Shown here: in pieces, positions 1 through 9,180 of the stretch | Layout of the letters: every line of letters begins with the position of its first letter | Numbering within the stretch: position 1 is the stretch's first letter | Source: Candidatus Riflebacteria bacterium HGW-Riflebacteria-1 | GTDB lineage: Bacteria > Muiribacteriota > Ozemobacteria > Ozemobacterales > Ozemobacteraceae | Length of the DNA stretch: 64,000 nt | Direction: 5' to 3' | NCBI GenBank assembly: GCA_002839445.1 | Contig: PGYB01000006.1 | Coordinates: forward strand, 1-64,000 | Program-made: the position numbers and the translations under genes | Notes under the pieces: model-generated | Database searches by the model: none | The model's input: only the letters and a program-made list of their open reading frames with translations | What the model was told of the DNA's origin: nothing

Positions 1-20
1 TGCCCGCCTACGCCCTTGTA
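1..20. repeat. Short dispersed motif TGCCCGCCTACGCCCTTGT, copy 1 of 3. Related copies lie at 251-270 and 24253-24272.
   Basis: The near-identical 19-20 nt string occurs three times, always in intergenic DNA. Flanks share further blocks: GGCTCTCGG and CGCTTCAACT. Confidence 0.45.
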
Positions 21-250
21 ACGTTTTCTATCAATGACAACTTTTAGACACAGTTCTTAAGGAGTTAGCTATACAATTCAAATGTGCCAGAGGACTAGTG
101 CTTTGTCAATAAGGATTCGGCCTTGGCATACTGCATACTCGGGCTCTCGGCAGGATACCAACGCTTCAACTCTCACCAGGCGTTAGTTTCTGCTAATAGG
201 AGTGGCCTGGTGTCAACATTGCCTGGCTCGAAGTTTACGCTTATGGTATG

Positions 251-270
251 CCTGCCTACGCCCTTAGTGT
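251..270. repeat. Short dispersed motif TGCCTGCCTACGCCCTTAGT, copy 2 of 3.
   Basis: Matches 1-20 and 24253-24272 with 2-3 mismatches. The upstream flank cttatggtatgcc parallels cttaaaatgcc at 24243. Confidence 0.45.
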
Positions 271-373
271 CGTTTTTAACAGCGCCTGTTTATCTTCAAT
301 TTATCTACAAGTTCAACTTTGACAGACCACTAATCATTTCGCTTTTCTCAATAACACTTTTGGTGTTGCATAA

Positions 374-2302
374 TCAGCTGATGACAGGGCTGCGATCGTT
401 GCGCTCAATCGTTATTAGATTAAACTGAGTTTCCTGATTGAAGTAGCGAAATGACTCTGTGGCGTCATTCTCAGCCAGCTTTGCTAAAGGCAGTTTCGGA
501 CCTATGATATGAAGACGTTGATGATCTGGTTCGACGCTGCACTCATTTTTGACGCCTTCGATCTCGATTTCCCATCTGGAGCTGGCGAGCTCATCTATGT
601 TAAAGGGCGCTAGAGAAGAAGTCAGTATCGTCAGCCGCGGCTGAAAAAAGCCATTTTCATCGATGAGATTCGAAGTAAAGCCGTTCAAAAAGAGTCTCAG
701 ATCAGCCTGACAGCGGCCCTGATGATCTGGTCGCGGAATTCTGTCGCAGGCTTCGATAATCAGCTCTATCAACTGAGAAAACTCAGCAATACTGACTTTT
801 TCTGCCGTGAGATGCTGCGTAAGGGCAACGAGAAAATCGTTTCCCGGGAGACAGTTCATATAGGTGCGTTCTTCATTCACAATGAACGCGCGCTGTACCA
901 GTTTGCACCAGTCCTGCGGGTGAGCCTGTTTCCAGGAAGTCAGCAGGCGATCATACTCTGAGATGAACTTCAGCGCCTCGTTATCAAGAGCCTGTAAATG
1001 CTGGTCTGACGCGACAACATAGTGCTTTTTCAGCGCGCGCTCGATACTTTCCGGCATGCCGCTGGCCGAGCTTTCGATCATTTGCCCATGTGGATTGCGC
1101 AGCAGGTTAAGCGCGAGTTGCAACTCTACTTCGCCAGAACTCCGTAGAATCGGAAACAGGCGCATGAATCTCGAAAAATCATACAGGCTGATACTTGAGT
1201 TCTCCGCTTCCCATGGCGCAGTTGCTTTAAAGTTGGGATACATCATCATTGATAGACGTTCAAAGTCAGTCACAATTTCATGGTAAGAATCTACTGGTAA
1301 AGCTTGCCTGTCTGCCTCTGCGCCGGCACTAATTCCGGTCAAATCGAGAAACCTCTGTTCAAGCTGCTTTCTGCGTGCTTCATCGAACTGATGGCACGCC
1401 TCGCGGTAAGACAGGCAGTCAGTATTGATAGTGTGATTTACCAATGCTTTCAGCAGTTTTTTCTGGCCAGAGCCTTCGAGACCGAAAAAATTGCTGAGCC
1501 AGTTTGGCCGGTAAGACCATTGTGGGGCGCGCCCGCGCAAGGCAAACACTGTGTCATAGTCAATCAGATGACCGTCAATTGAGACGTTGCCGGCAGACCA
1601 GCAGCCGTGCAGAATACGCTCAATGAACTTCTCGGCATCCTGCCGGCCAAGGCTGCGCGCAATTTGTCGCAATCGATCGGCCTCGACCGGTTCATTCTTT
1701 TGAAAAAGGTGGGTCGGGCGATCGAGTTCGCCACCTTTATCGATTCTCACAATAATACCGCCAGGGTATCTGCCTTCGCGCCACGGAACTTCGACATCAT
1801 TGACCGGATTGATAACTGCAAGAACAGGCGAAGTGCCGGTGCGCAGGTTAGTGTGTAATACGTTAGAGCAGATTGCCTCCCAGAGAGCGCTTACCAGGTC
1901 GAGGTTGCCATTGGAGTGATTGCGGTCTTTCGATATGGCGAGAACGGTTTTGCCAAGCCCCTTGAGATTAAAACATTCCCCATAGTATGCGGCGCGCCCT
2001 GAACCAAGATTATCGTTTAAAGACATGTTCATCGGGTCGGCCTGCCGGTCGACATAGACCATTAAAGGTTTTGCACCGGGAATGCCGAGGCTCTGATCGA
2101 AAGTCAGCAGGAGATGCTTTTCGACAAACTCCTTTGCCTCGTCAGCCGTCATCGCTTTGCCGTAAGCATTTTCAAGCAGTCCCGATCTGGCAAACACGAC
2201 GTGGCATTGACCTGGATCGACCGGAAAGGCTGCCATGGCAACGAAAGTCGCTTCCCCAAGCCTTTTGCAGGCTGCTGGCAATACTCCGGCCGGTTCTTTC
2301 AT
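374..2302 (-). CDS. SelO/YdiU-like (UPF0061) protein adenylyltransferase/kinase-fold protein, 642 aa. Tentative.
   Basis: ATG start. The segment NLGSGRAAYYGE...LKGLGKT...NGNLDLVSALWEAICSNVLHTNLRTGTSPVLAV resembles the SelO LGDGRA/LKGAG/DGRAVLRS...EAMH block. About 150 aa longer than E. coli SelO. Confidence 0.4.
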   Translation of the reverse strand: MKEPAGVLPAACKRLGEATFVAMAAFPVDPGQCHVVFARSGLLENAYGKAMTADEAKEFVEKHLLLTFDQSLGIPGAKPLMVYVDRQADPMNMSLNDNLGSGRAAYYGECFNLKGLGKTVLAISKDRNHSNGNLDLVSALWEAICSNVLHTNLRTGTSPVLAVINPVNDVEVPWREGRYPGGIIVRIDKGGELDRPTHLFQKNEPVEADRLRQIARSLGRQDAEKFIERILHGCWSAGNVSIDGHLIDYDTVFALRGRAPQWSYRPNWLSNFFGLEGSGQKKLLKALVNHTINTDCLSYREACHQFDEARRKQLEQRFLDLTGISAGAEADRQALPVDSYHEIVTDFERLSMMMYPNFKATAPWEAENSSISLYDFSRFMRLFPILRSSGEVELQLALNLLRNPHGQMIESSASGMPESIERALKKHYVVASDQHLQALDNEALKFISEYDRLLTSWKQAHPQDWCKLVQRAFIVNEERTYMNCLPGNDFLVALTQHLTAEKVSIAEFSQLIELIIEACDRIPRPDHQGRCQADLRLFLNGFTSNLIDENGFFQPRLTILTSSLAPFNIDELASSRWEIEIEGVKNECSVEPDHQRLHIIGPKLPLAKLAENDATESFRYFNQETQFNLITIERNDRSPVIS

Positions 2303-2456
2303 ATTATTCTGTTATTCCATCATTCAGATTAACTAAAGATACCCGGAATATTCGATCCTGTAAATTCTTGACTTCATTCTGTACAGATAAGTAGAATGGC
2401 GGCGTGTTGGGTTGCTTGAATAATCAGAGTTTTAACTTATAAGGAGTAGAGAGAAA

Positions 2457-3206
2457 ATGAAGCGATTTTTTGGATTGTTGTTATCTGTAGCTCTTCTGAT
2501 AGCGGTTTCTGCGGTTGCCGGTCCTTCCGGAACTGAAATTGGCAAATGGACCGATTGGGTGCGGGCGGACAAGCTCGACCTCGAATACCGCGTACGCTGT
2601 AACGGTCTTGGAACAACTCCCAACGCGTATATGTGGGACGTTGAAGTTATAAACAAAGGGGCCGATATCGCGAAGTTTGGCGTTAACCTGACTCCAACCG
2701 ACATGGCCACAGAACCGACAAAGGGTTGGATGACCTGGCCGATCGGTGGAAACAGATGGCACAAATTCGTAGGCTTTCGCAGCGAAGCCGCCCCTGGTCA
2801 GAGGGTGAAGGTCTGGCTCAAGAATCTGTCTTCAGAAAAGCAGAATGTCGCAACCGGTCATCTCGCCGCCGGCAAGCTTGATTCGGTAGACGGAACAGTT
2901 TTCAATGCCTGCAACATGGCCTGGAAGGTTGGCAAAGCCGATCTCGACTGGAACCAGACCCAGGAATGGATAAAGAGTCTCGGCCTCGGCTGGCGCTCAC
3001 CGACAAAGAACGAGCTGGTCATGCTGTTCAAAGAAGTCGGTCAGAAAAGCCCGATTGGCCAGGATTATGTCTGGGCGGAACCTAAAGATGAACATTCTGC
3101 CTGGCATTTCAGTTTCTATTATCGCGAAGTGCGCTGGTCATACTTTGACGACCATAGTCGCTATGGCCGTGGCGTTGCGGTTCGTCCAATTACTGATCGT
3201 TATTAA
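2457..3206 (+). CDS. Secreted DUF1566 (Lcl C-terminal domain) protein, 249 aa.
   Basis: N-terminal signal peptide MKRFFGLLLSVALLIAVSAVAG. C-terminal WRSPTKNELVMLF...YVWAEP...AWHFSFYYREV...GVAVRPI matches the DUF1566 WRLPT..EL pattern. RBS GGAGTAGAGAG lies upstream. Confidence 0.55.
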   Translation: MKRFFGLLLSVALLIAVSAVAGPSGTEIGKWTDWVRADKLDLEYRVRCNGLGTTPNAYMWDVEVINKGADIAKFGVNLTPTDMATEPTKGWMTWPIGGNRWHKFVGFRSEAAPGQRVKVWLKNLSSEKQNVATGHLAAGKLDSVDGTVFNACNMAWKVGKADLDWNQTQEWIKSLGLGWRSPTKNELVMLFKEVGQKSPIGQDYVWAEPKDEHSAWHFSFYYREVRWSYFDDHSRYGRGVAVRPITDRY

Positions 3207-3227
3207 AACTAAGCAGGGTATGATTTG

Positions 3228-4646
3228 ATGGCAAGGTTGCTGATTGTTTCGCCGCCGCTGCATTTTGAGCAGCACCTGCGACGCAGTTTCCAGCCGCCAT
3301 TAAATCTGCTTTACCTCTACGCCTATATCAGTTCTCGCGGGCATGAGGTTGAGTTGCTTGAATGTGCCTCGGTTGACGAGACAGTCGCGGCGATTATCGA
3401 CAGATCACCCGACTTTGTCGGTATTCCTCTCTATTATGCCTCGCTTGAAAACACCTTCGCGATCGTAACCAGAACCCGCCAGCGCTCACCTGATATAAGG
3501 ATGATCGCTGGCGGGCCCTGTCTAACCATGGAACCCGAGCGAATGATACGCGAAGGCGGTTTTGATTTTGGAGTGTTGGGTGAAGGGGAAGAGACGCTGC
3601 ATGATCTGCTGTCGTCGGCGCCAAACGAAGAGGCCTGGTCATCCATCAAAGGCCTGGTTTTTATGCGTGATGGTAAGGCGATTGTTAATCCGCTTCGGCC
3701 ACCAATTGCCAGTCTTGACGCGTTACCATTTCTCGATTTTTCTGTGGTCGACAATGATTATTACTTTTCTTTTCAACAAAAGATGGGGATTCCCCCGACC
3801 GTTTTTCTGAATTCTTCGCGCGGCTGCTCATTTCGCTGCAGTTATTGCTGCACGCCAGTGCTCTGGCCTGGCCCGGTGCGACGATATTCGCCGCAACGCA
3901 TGATCGATGAAATCCGCTTTCAGCTCGAACGCTTTCCCGGTGCAGAAATCGGGTTCTGCGATGATTCATTCTTTTCTGACCGCAACTGGCTGAAAGAGTT
4001 TCTGAGACTGGTTAAGCCACTTTCGATCAAATTTCAATGCATTGGTCGCGCCGATCATCTTAATCCGGCGGTAATCGGCGAACTTGTCGATTCCGGTTTA
4101 ACCTACATCGCCTTCGGGGTCGAGACCGGAAACTCCTCACGCCAGACGCGCCTGCATAAAAATCTCGATCTGGCGAAGCTTGTCGCTACTATGAAAGAAT
4201 TGTCCAGATACCAGGTCAAGACCAAATGTTTTTTCATGCTGGGCTTTCCTGATGAAACCATCGAGGAAATAGCCGAAACCATTAACCTGGCGGTTACGTT
4301 AAAACGGCTCGGCATGAACTTATTCAGTATTTTTCCGGTTACTTTATACCCTGGCACCGAGCTTGCCAGACAGTTTCCAACCAGTCACTTTCAATGTGGG
4401 CTGGATGCGCATCTCCCAGAGATTATTCGCGACCATCTCGAAATCAGCCAGGCTGACCAGGAAAGGCTTGACAGTCGCTTCAATGCGCTGCTTACCCAGA
4501 GACAGATGGTCGAGGTCGTCAGCTTCGCCTGGGAGATGATAGAAAAAGCCGAAACAGTTTCCGTCGACGAACTGCAGCATCTAATAAACAGAACTGAGCC
4601 ACAGAGCAGTGCCCCGGTTGTCACCGGCCCGCACCAGGAGAAATAA
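3228..4646 (+). CDS. B12-binding domain radical SAM protein (class B rSAM), 472 aa.
   Basis: N-terminal Rossmann-like B12-binding region (LLIVSPP...NLLYLYAYISSRGHEV). The radical SAM motif CSFRCSYCC lies about 200 aa in. Paralogous to 5882-7342. The ATG at 3228 follows a TTG. Confidence 0.8.
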   Translation: MARLLIVSPPLHFEQHLRRSFQPPLNLLYLYAYISSRGHEVELLECASVDETVAAIIDRSPDFVGIPLYYASLENTFAIVTRTRQRSPDIRMIAGGPCLTMEPERMIREGGFDFGVLGEGEETLHDLLSSAPNEEAWSSIKGLVFMRDGKAIVNPLRPPIASLDALPFLDFSVVDNDYYFSFQQKMGIPPTVFLNSSRGCSFRCSYCCTPVLWPGPVRRYSPQRMIDEIRFQLERFPGAEIGFCDDSFFSDRNWLKEFLRLVKPLSIKFQCIGRADHLNPAVIGELVDSGLTYIAFGVETGNSSRQTRLHKNLDLAKLVATMKELSRYQVKTKCFFMLGFPDETIEEIAETINLAVTLKRLGMNLFSIFPVTLYPGTELARQFPTSHFQCGLDAHLPEIIRDHLEISQADQERLDSRFNALLTQRQMVEVVSFAWEMIEKAETVSVDELQHLINRTEPQSSAPVVTGPHQEK

Positions 4647-4647
4647 T

Positions 4648-5895
4648 ATGGTTACAACCGCCAATGTGCGAAACATTCGCTTTGACAACGCCGATCCTCG
4701 TGAACCAAGAAGCGTCAACCTTTACTTTGACCACTACCGTGGTGAACCTATTTACCGGGCCGTAGCCTATCTGGCGAATTCTGGCTGCGAGTGGTCACTA
4801 AAGACCGGCGGCTGCACAATGTGCGGAACAAAGAATTCTGCCCTGCGCCGGCCGATTTCCGACGACGAGTTCTTCGCGCAGTTTGCCATAATCCGAAAGT
4901 GTGTCGAGGAATTCAACGCTGCGCTCGACACACCGGTAAAGTCGCTGCACATCTACAACGACGGGTTTTTCTTTAATGACAACGAGATCTCGCCGCGTGC
5001 CCGAGAAGCGGTTTTTGAAATGGCGTGCGAACTCAACATGTGCAAACTGGTTATTGAAACCAACGGCCTCGATATCGTTCGCGACAACCGATCGACCGAT
5101 TACCTTGGCAAGGCCGTCAAAAGCCTCGGAAAAACCGAATTCGAGATAACACTCGGCATCGAGTCGGCAAACCCGCTTGTGCGAGCTCTCTACAACAAGC
5201 CGGATTCTATCGATGACGTCAAAAACAGCCTCGATATTATTCGCAGCAAAGGCGCGATTGCCAAAGGCTATGTTCTGGTCAAAGGCCCGATGATGACTGA
5301 AGCTGAGGCTTATGAGGACTGTGTAAACACTATTCGCACTTTGAAGCAGTGGAGCAATGGTGGACGTTTCAGGGTTGAATTCCAGCCAGTATGCCTGTTA
5401 CCCAACACTCTGCACGAATACCTGATTTCGCTGAATCGGAACGATCCATATTTCTGGGAACCGCCGCTTTTAAGCACGCTTTTTCGCATACTCGCCAACT
5501 TCCCCGATATGAGCGAAGATCTTTACACTGCCCTGTTTGCCAGAATTGATGAAGATTCGCCATGGGAGTTCTGGCAGAACCGGCCACACGATGATCCAGA
5601 AACGACCTACAGGCTCTATTTAAAGCTCGTCGAATACTACCTGCATCGCAGACATGATTCGATAACTTCTGCCCTGCAGCTGGCCAACGAGTCTTTGTGG
5701 CAACAGAGAATTGCCCGCAAGATTCCACAACCTCTTGAAGAGCGGGTCAGGCTGGTCAAAAAGCTGCTTGCGCAAAGCCGAAAGAGTAATATGCAACTGA
5801 GTGATTATCTGAAGACTCATCTTGAGCCAGGAAGCGATTTTTTTTCGAGCTGCGAAAAACACCTGAGCAGCGTTAATCCTGATGACTCAGCCTGA
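4648..5895 (+). CDS. Radical-SAM-like protein with non-canonical CX8CX2C motif, 415 aa.
   Basis: Strong RBS (CAGGAGAAATAATATG). The cysteine motif is GCEWSLKTGGCTMCG. Downstream lie a Gly-rich HIYNDGFFFND segment (GGE-like) and LVIETNG (the TNG ribose motif of radical SAM barrels). Overlaps both neighbours, which suggests translational coupling. Confidence 0.4.
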   Translation: MVTTANVRNIRFDNADPREPRSVNLYFDHYRGEPIYRAVAYLANSGCEWSLKTGGCTMCGTKNSALRRPISDDEFFAQFAIIRKCVEEFNAALDTPVKSLHIYNDGFFFNDNEISPRAREAVFEMACELNMCKLVIETNGLDIVRDNRSTDYLGKAVKSLGKTEFEITLGIESANPLVRALYNKPDSIDDVKNSLDIIRSKGAIAKGYVLVKGPMMTEAEAYEDCVNTIRTLKQWSNGGRFRVEFQPVCLLPNTLHEYLISLNRNDPYFWEPPLLSTLFRILANFPDMSEDLYTALFARIDEDSPWEFWQNRPHDDPETTYRLYLKLVEYYLHRRHDSITSALQLANESLWQQRIARKIPQPLEERVRLVKKLLAQSRKSNMQLSDYLKTHLEPGSDFFSSCEKHLSSVNPDDSA

Positions 5896-7342
5896 CATAT
5901 TGTTAATCGCGCCGCCACTGCTTTGGGAAGGCGAATCGCGGCCAGAAATGAAACAGCCGCTGAATCTACTGTATCTTGCCAGCTGGCTCAACCGGCAAGG
6001 TTTGCAGGCACAGGTTCTTGACGCGGCTTTGGCGAGCCTTTCGCTTGGCGAGGCTCTGCAGGCTGTTGAAGCGTTCAGGCCGCGTTTTATTGGCGTGCCA
6101 TTTTATCAGGCAACTAGAGAAACCGTTTTGCAGCTTTGCCGCGCGATACGCGCGCGCTTTCCTGAGATCTGGCTGGTAGCAGGCGGACCTTTGGTGACAA
6201 CATCTCCCGAAAGTCTTCTGGGGTTTACCGATGTTGACATCTGCGTGATCGGCGAAGGTGAAGTAACGCTTGAAGAAATTTTGCGCAGCAATCTGCCGAG
6301 CCCGAGAACTGACGACTCAGACTGCTCCTGTCTTTCCACCATACCCGGGCTTGGCTTTGTCGATGGCAAAAGCTCGGTTATCACGCCGTTACGGCCACCA
6401 ATCGATGATCTTGACAGCATTCCGTTCGTAGATTTTGAATTGATAGATATTCAGCGCTACTTTGCCTATCACGCTTCAATTGAGATGTCGAACTGGCTGT
6501 TTCTGACGACTTCGCGAGGCTGCCATGCACGTTGCACCTTCTGCGCCACACCGGTTCTCTGGCCAGATGGCATGCGCCGGCAATCGGTGCCACGACTGCT
6601 CGCCGAAATTACTTACCAGCGCAAGCTCTATCCGTCATCACAATTCGGGTTTATGGATGATTCCTTTTTTTCCGACAAAGCATGGTTGCGTGAGTTTTTT
6701 GAAGGTATCAGTTCGATGAAGGTGAAATACTGCTGCATTGGCCGGGCCGACCATCTTTGCGAAGAAGATGTGATTGGACTGGCTCACAGTGGCTGCATTT
6801 ATGTTGCGCTGGGTATCGAAACCGGCAACCAGGCCAGACAGCGGACAATTGGCAAGCATCTCGATCTTAACCGGGTCAGAGCGTCGATTCGATTACTCGC
6901 TGAATATGACATTTTCAGCAAGGGTTTCTTCATGCTGGGTTTTCCTGACGAAACTCCAGAAGAAATGCTGGAAACAATCAATTTTGCAGTAGAGCTGAAG
7001 AACCTCGGAATGGGTGAGTTTAATTTCTTTCCGGTGTCGATTTACCCTGGAACCGAACTTGCGGCACGCTGTGCAAAGACAGCCTGTGTGTCGACCGTCT
7101 ATCAGCAATCCGCCAAACCCGGTTCGCAAGATGGCAAAGTTGATCAGAGCGCCTCCGATATCGCAGAAACCAAGCTGATGCGCTATGCAAATATTCCTGA
7201 TGCCGATATAAATGACTATTTCAGCGCAACCCAGATTCTGAATATCGTAAAATTTGCCTACCGCCAGGCAGAATCGGGCCAGCCCGTCACTCTTGAAGCA
7301 CTGACAACGGCGGCGCAGATTTCCCCGCAACAGGCCTTGTGA
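5882..7342 (+). CDS. B12-binding domain radical SAM protein, 486 aa.
   Basis: Same architecture as 3228-4646 (LLIAPP...NLLYLASWLNRQG, then CHARCTFCATP as the CxxxCxxC motif). Overlaps the upstream gene by 14 bp. Confidence 0.8.
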   Translation: MTQPDILLIAPPLLWEGESRPEMKQPLNLLYLASWLNRQGLQAQVLDAALASLSLGEALQAVEAFRPRFIGVPFYQATRETVLQLCRAIRARFPEIWLVAGGPLVTTSPESLLGFTDVDICVIGEGEVTLEEILRSNLPSPRTDDSDCSCLSTIPGLGFVDGKSSVITPLRPPIDDLDSIPFVDFELIDIQRYFAYHASIEMSNWLFLTTSRGCHARCTFCATPVLWPDGMRRQSVPRLLAEITYQRKLYPSSQFGFMDDSFFSDKAWLREFFEGISSMKVKYCCIGRADHLCEEDVIGLAHSGCIYVALGIETGNQARQRTIGKHLDLNRVRASIRLLAEYDIFSKGFFMLGFPDETPEEMLETINFAVELKNLGMGEFNFFPVSIYPGTELAARCAKTACVSTVYQQSAKPGSQDGKVDQSASDIAETKLMRYANIPDADINDYFSATQILNIVKFAYRQAESGQPVTLEALTTAAQISPQQAL

Positions 7343-7453
7343 GAGCGTTAATCAATTCCTGCGATATCGCTGCTTTTTTGAGTCGGTGGGGGGTACAGAA
7401 TCGGGTTGCTTAGAGGTATAATTTGAAAATACTGTCGCTTTGAGGAGTTATAA

Positions 7454-8914
7454 ATGACTAAGAGCAATAACTTTTTTTATAAATCGGTTCGGGTGGCTGC
7501 GGCCTGTGCTATTGCGATTTCAACGCTGTTTTCGCCGGTTGAAGCCAGGGTCAGAAACTTTGCCTCGGCAAAGGATGTGCAAAGTCTGAAGTTCTTAAGC
7601 GCCAACCACATGCCGGTCAAGGTGCTGGTTGTTTACTCTCCAAACCAGAAAAACCAGAATTTTGTTATCACACTGATGAATATTGTGGCTGATATGCATG
7701 ATAAGGGCCTGGTAAAGCAGGAAGACGCCTTCAAGGTGCATGTTATTCCCGGTTGGGAAATGCAGGAAGCCGATTACGCATTTATTCGCGAAAAAGTAGG
7801 CGCTGAGCGGGTTAAGAAGTATGTTGAATTTAACAACGTCTATACCACAACCGATATGTGGATGCAGGACTGGGGCGAAGTTGGCGTGGTTAAGCTGAAA
7901 AGTGAAAAGAAGCCGCAGACCGTGGTTTTTGACTCAAATCGTGGTCGTGACAATGCTGAATTACCGGGAATTCTCGCGAGTTTCTGGAATAGTTACCTGC
8001 TGAAAAACCCCTCGACACATTTTTCCGGTGGCGATTACGGCGGAAATATCGAGGTTACCCCCGACAACATTTTATTGATCGGCAACACTTCTACTCCTGA
8101 ATTGCGTGGCTTTCTGGAGAAAAATGGTTATAAGAATCGCATGGCGGTTCTCGAAACCGACTGGTTGCATGTTGGCCATGTTGATGAATACATTTCGGTT
8201 TGTCCAAATGCCAAGGCTGCTCGTGGCTATACGCTGATTAAAGCTAACCCGAGACTTGCTCTCAGGTTGATTAAAGATTCTTCCCTTGCAGATTTGCGGG
8301 CAATTCCGCTTAAAGATTACCGCGATGCGATGATCGAGGTGCGCAAATACCTTCTTAAAGCCGAAGTTAATCGAGCCGCCCAAAAAAAACGCAAGAATAA
8401 TGAAGCTTTGCCTGAAGATCAGAAATTTGGAGTTGCCGTGTTGAATTACCTCGAATTATCGGAAACTACCAGTGAATCAGGTATGGAACTGGCAACCGGC
8501 CACATGGTAAGAGGTTCTGAAGTTGAAGAATTTATCAAACTTAACCTTACTCTTGCCAATCTGATTGATGCCAACCTCAAAAAGGCCTGCGAAAAGATTT
8601 CTGAAGTGCGCAAGGAAAAGGAAGGCAAGCTTCATTCGATTATCTCGTTTCCGGCGCTGTTTCGCGCCATGTATGGCGGCAAACATATTGCATACATTCC
8701 TGGCAGCGTTAATCAGCTGATCTTGAACAACCAGCTTATCGTTCCGGATCCTAAAATAGAAATCATGCGGAAGTATATTGCCCGCACACTCGGCAAGATG
8801 GGGCTCCAGGCTAATTTTGTCGACTCGCTGCCTTATCATAATCTCCAGGGCCAGATTCATTGCGGCACCAACGTTTTCAGACACCCCAACAAGTATTTTG
8901 TAAAGCCTCGGTAA
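7454..8914 (+). CDS. Secreted guanidino-group modifying enzyme, porphyromonas-type peptidylarginine deiminase / agmatine deiminase-like, 486 aa.
   Basis: Signal peptide (VRVAAACAIAISTLFSPVEA). WMQDWGEV matches the WxRDxGP block. FSGGDYGGNIEVTPDNILLIGNTS matches EGGSI..DG.GTLL. The C-terminal GQIHCGTNV matches the catalytic Cys motif GGIHCITQQ of the PAD_porph/AguA family. RBS GAGGAG. Confidence 0.55.
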   Translation: MTKSNNFFYKSVRVAAACAIAISTLFSPVEARVRNFASAKDVQSLKFLSANHMPVKVLVVYSPNQKNQNFVITLMNIVADMHDKGLVKQEDAFKVHVIPGWEMQEADYAFIREKVGAERVKKYVEFNNVYTTTDMWMQDWGEVGVVKLKSEKKPQTVVFDSNRGRDNAELPGILASFWNSYLLKNPSTHFSGGDYGGNIEVTPDNILLIGNTSTPELRGFLEKNGYKNRMAVLETDWLHVGHVDEYISVCPNAKAARGYTLIKANPRLALRLIKDSSLADLRAIPLKDYRDAMIEVRKYLLKAEVNRAAQKKRKNNEALPEDQKFGVAVLNYLELSETTSESGMELATGHMVRGSEVEEFIKLNLTLANLIDANLKKACEKISEVRKEKEGKLHSIISFPALFRAMYGGKHIAYIPGSVNQLILNNQLIVPDPKIEIMRKYIARTLGKMGLQANFVDSLPYHNLQGQIHCGTNVFRHPNKYFVKPR

Positions 8915-8945
8915 CTGCATATATCAACAGGGTGACGCAATAGAA

Positions 8946-8990
8946 ACCCGCAGCTCACTGGCTTATAGCCGAAGAGTTGCGGGTTTTGTT
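8946..8990 (+). terminator. Rho-independent terminator after the PAD-like gene.
   Basis: 11-bp stem ACCCGCAGCTC/GAGTTGCGGGT with an inner mini-hairpin, followed by TTTTG. Confidence 0.5.
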
Positions 8991-9180
8991 AATTGCTGGT
9001 CCTTTGTCAACATTGAATAGATGAATTCACGGTCGTTGCGGGGAGGACTTTTGTCGCTACGCTCCTCGCGAAGACCATGGATGGTCAAGTGCCGGTGAGC
9101 ATCAGGATTGAAGCGAACCGACCAATGACGGTTTGCAAACCTGCTGTTCAAGTGTGACAGTCGACTAGTCGGGCGAAGAA
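8975..9180 (-). repeat. Conserved noncoding element of about 200 nt, copy A. Inverted relative to copy B at 29700-29900.
   Basis: The 55-nt core GTCATTGGTCGGTTCGCTTCAATCCTGATGCTCACCGGCACTTGACCATCC (revcomp of 9071-9125) is identical to 29756-29810 except one base. Flanks are 60-75% similar, with an indel. Short ORFs over the two copies (8963-9151 and 29744-29977) share only the core peptide and then diverge, so the conservation is at DNA/RNA level. Confidence 0.6.

Noticed and set aside
123-428. 101-aa ORF at the window start.
   Set aside because: It overlaps the dispersed repeat copies and the 3' end of the SelO-like gene. Low-complexity hydrophobic translation. Judged noncoding.
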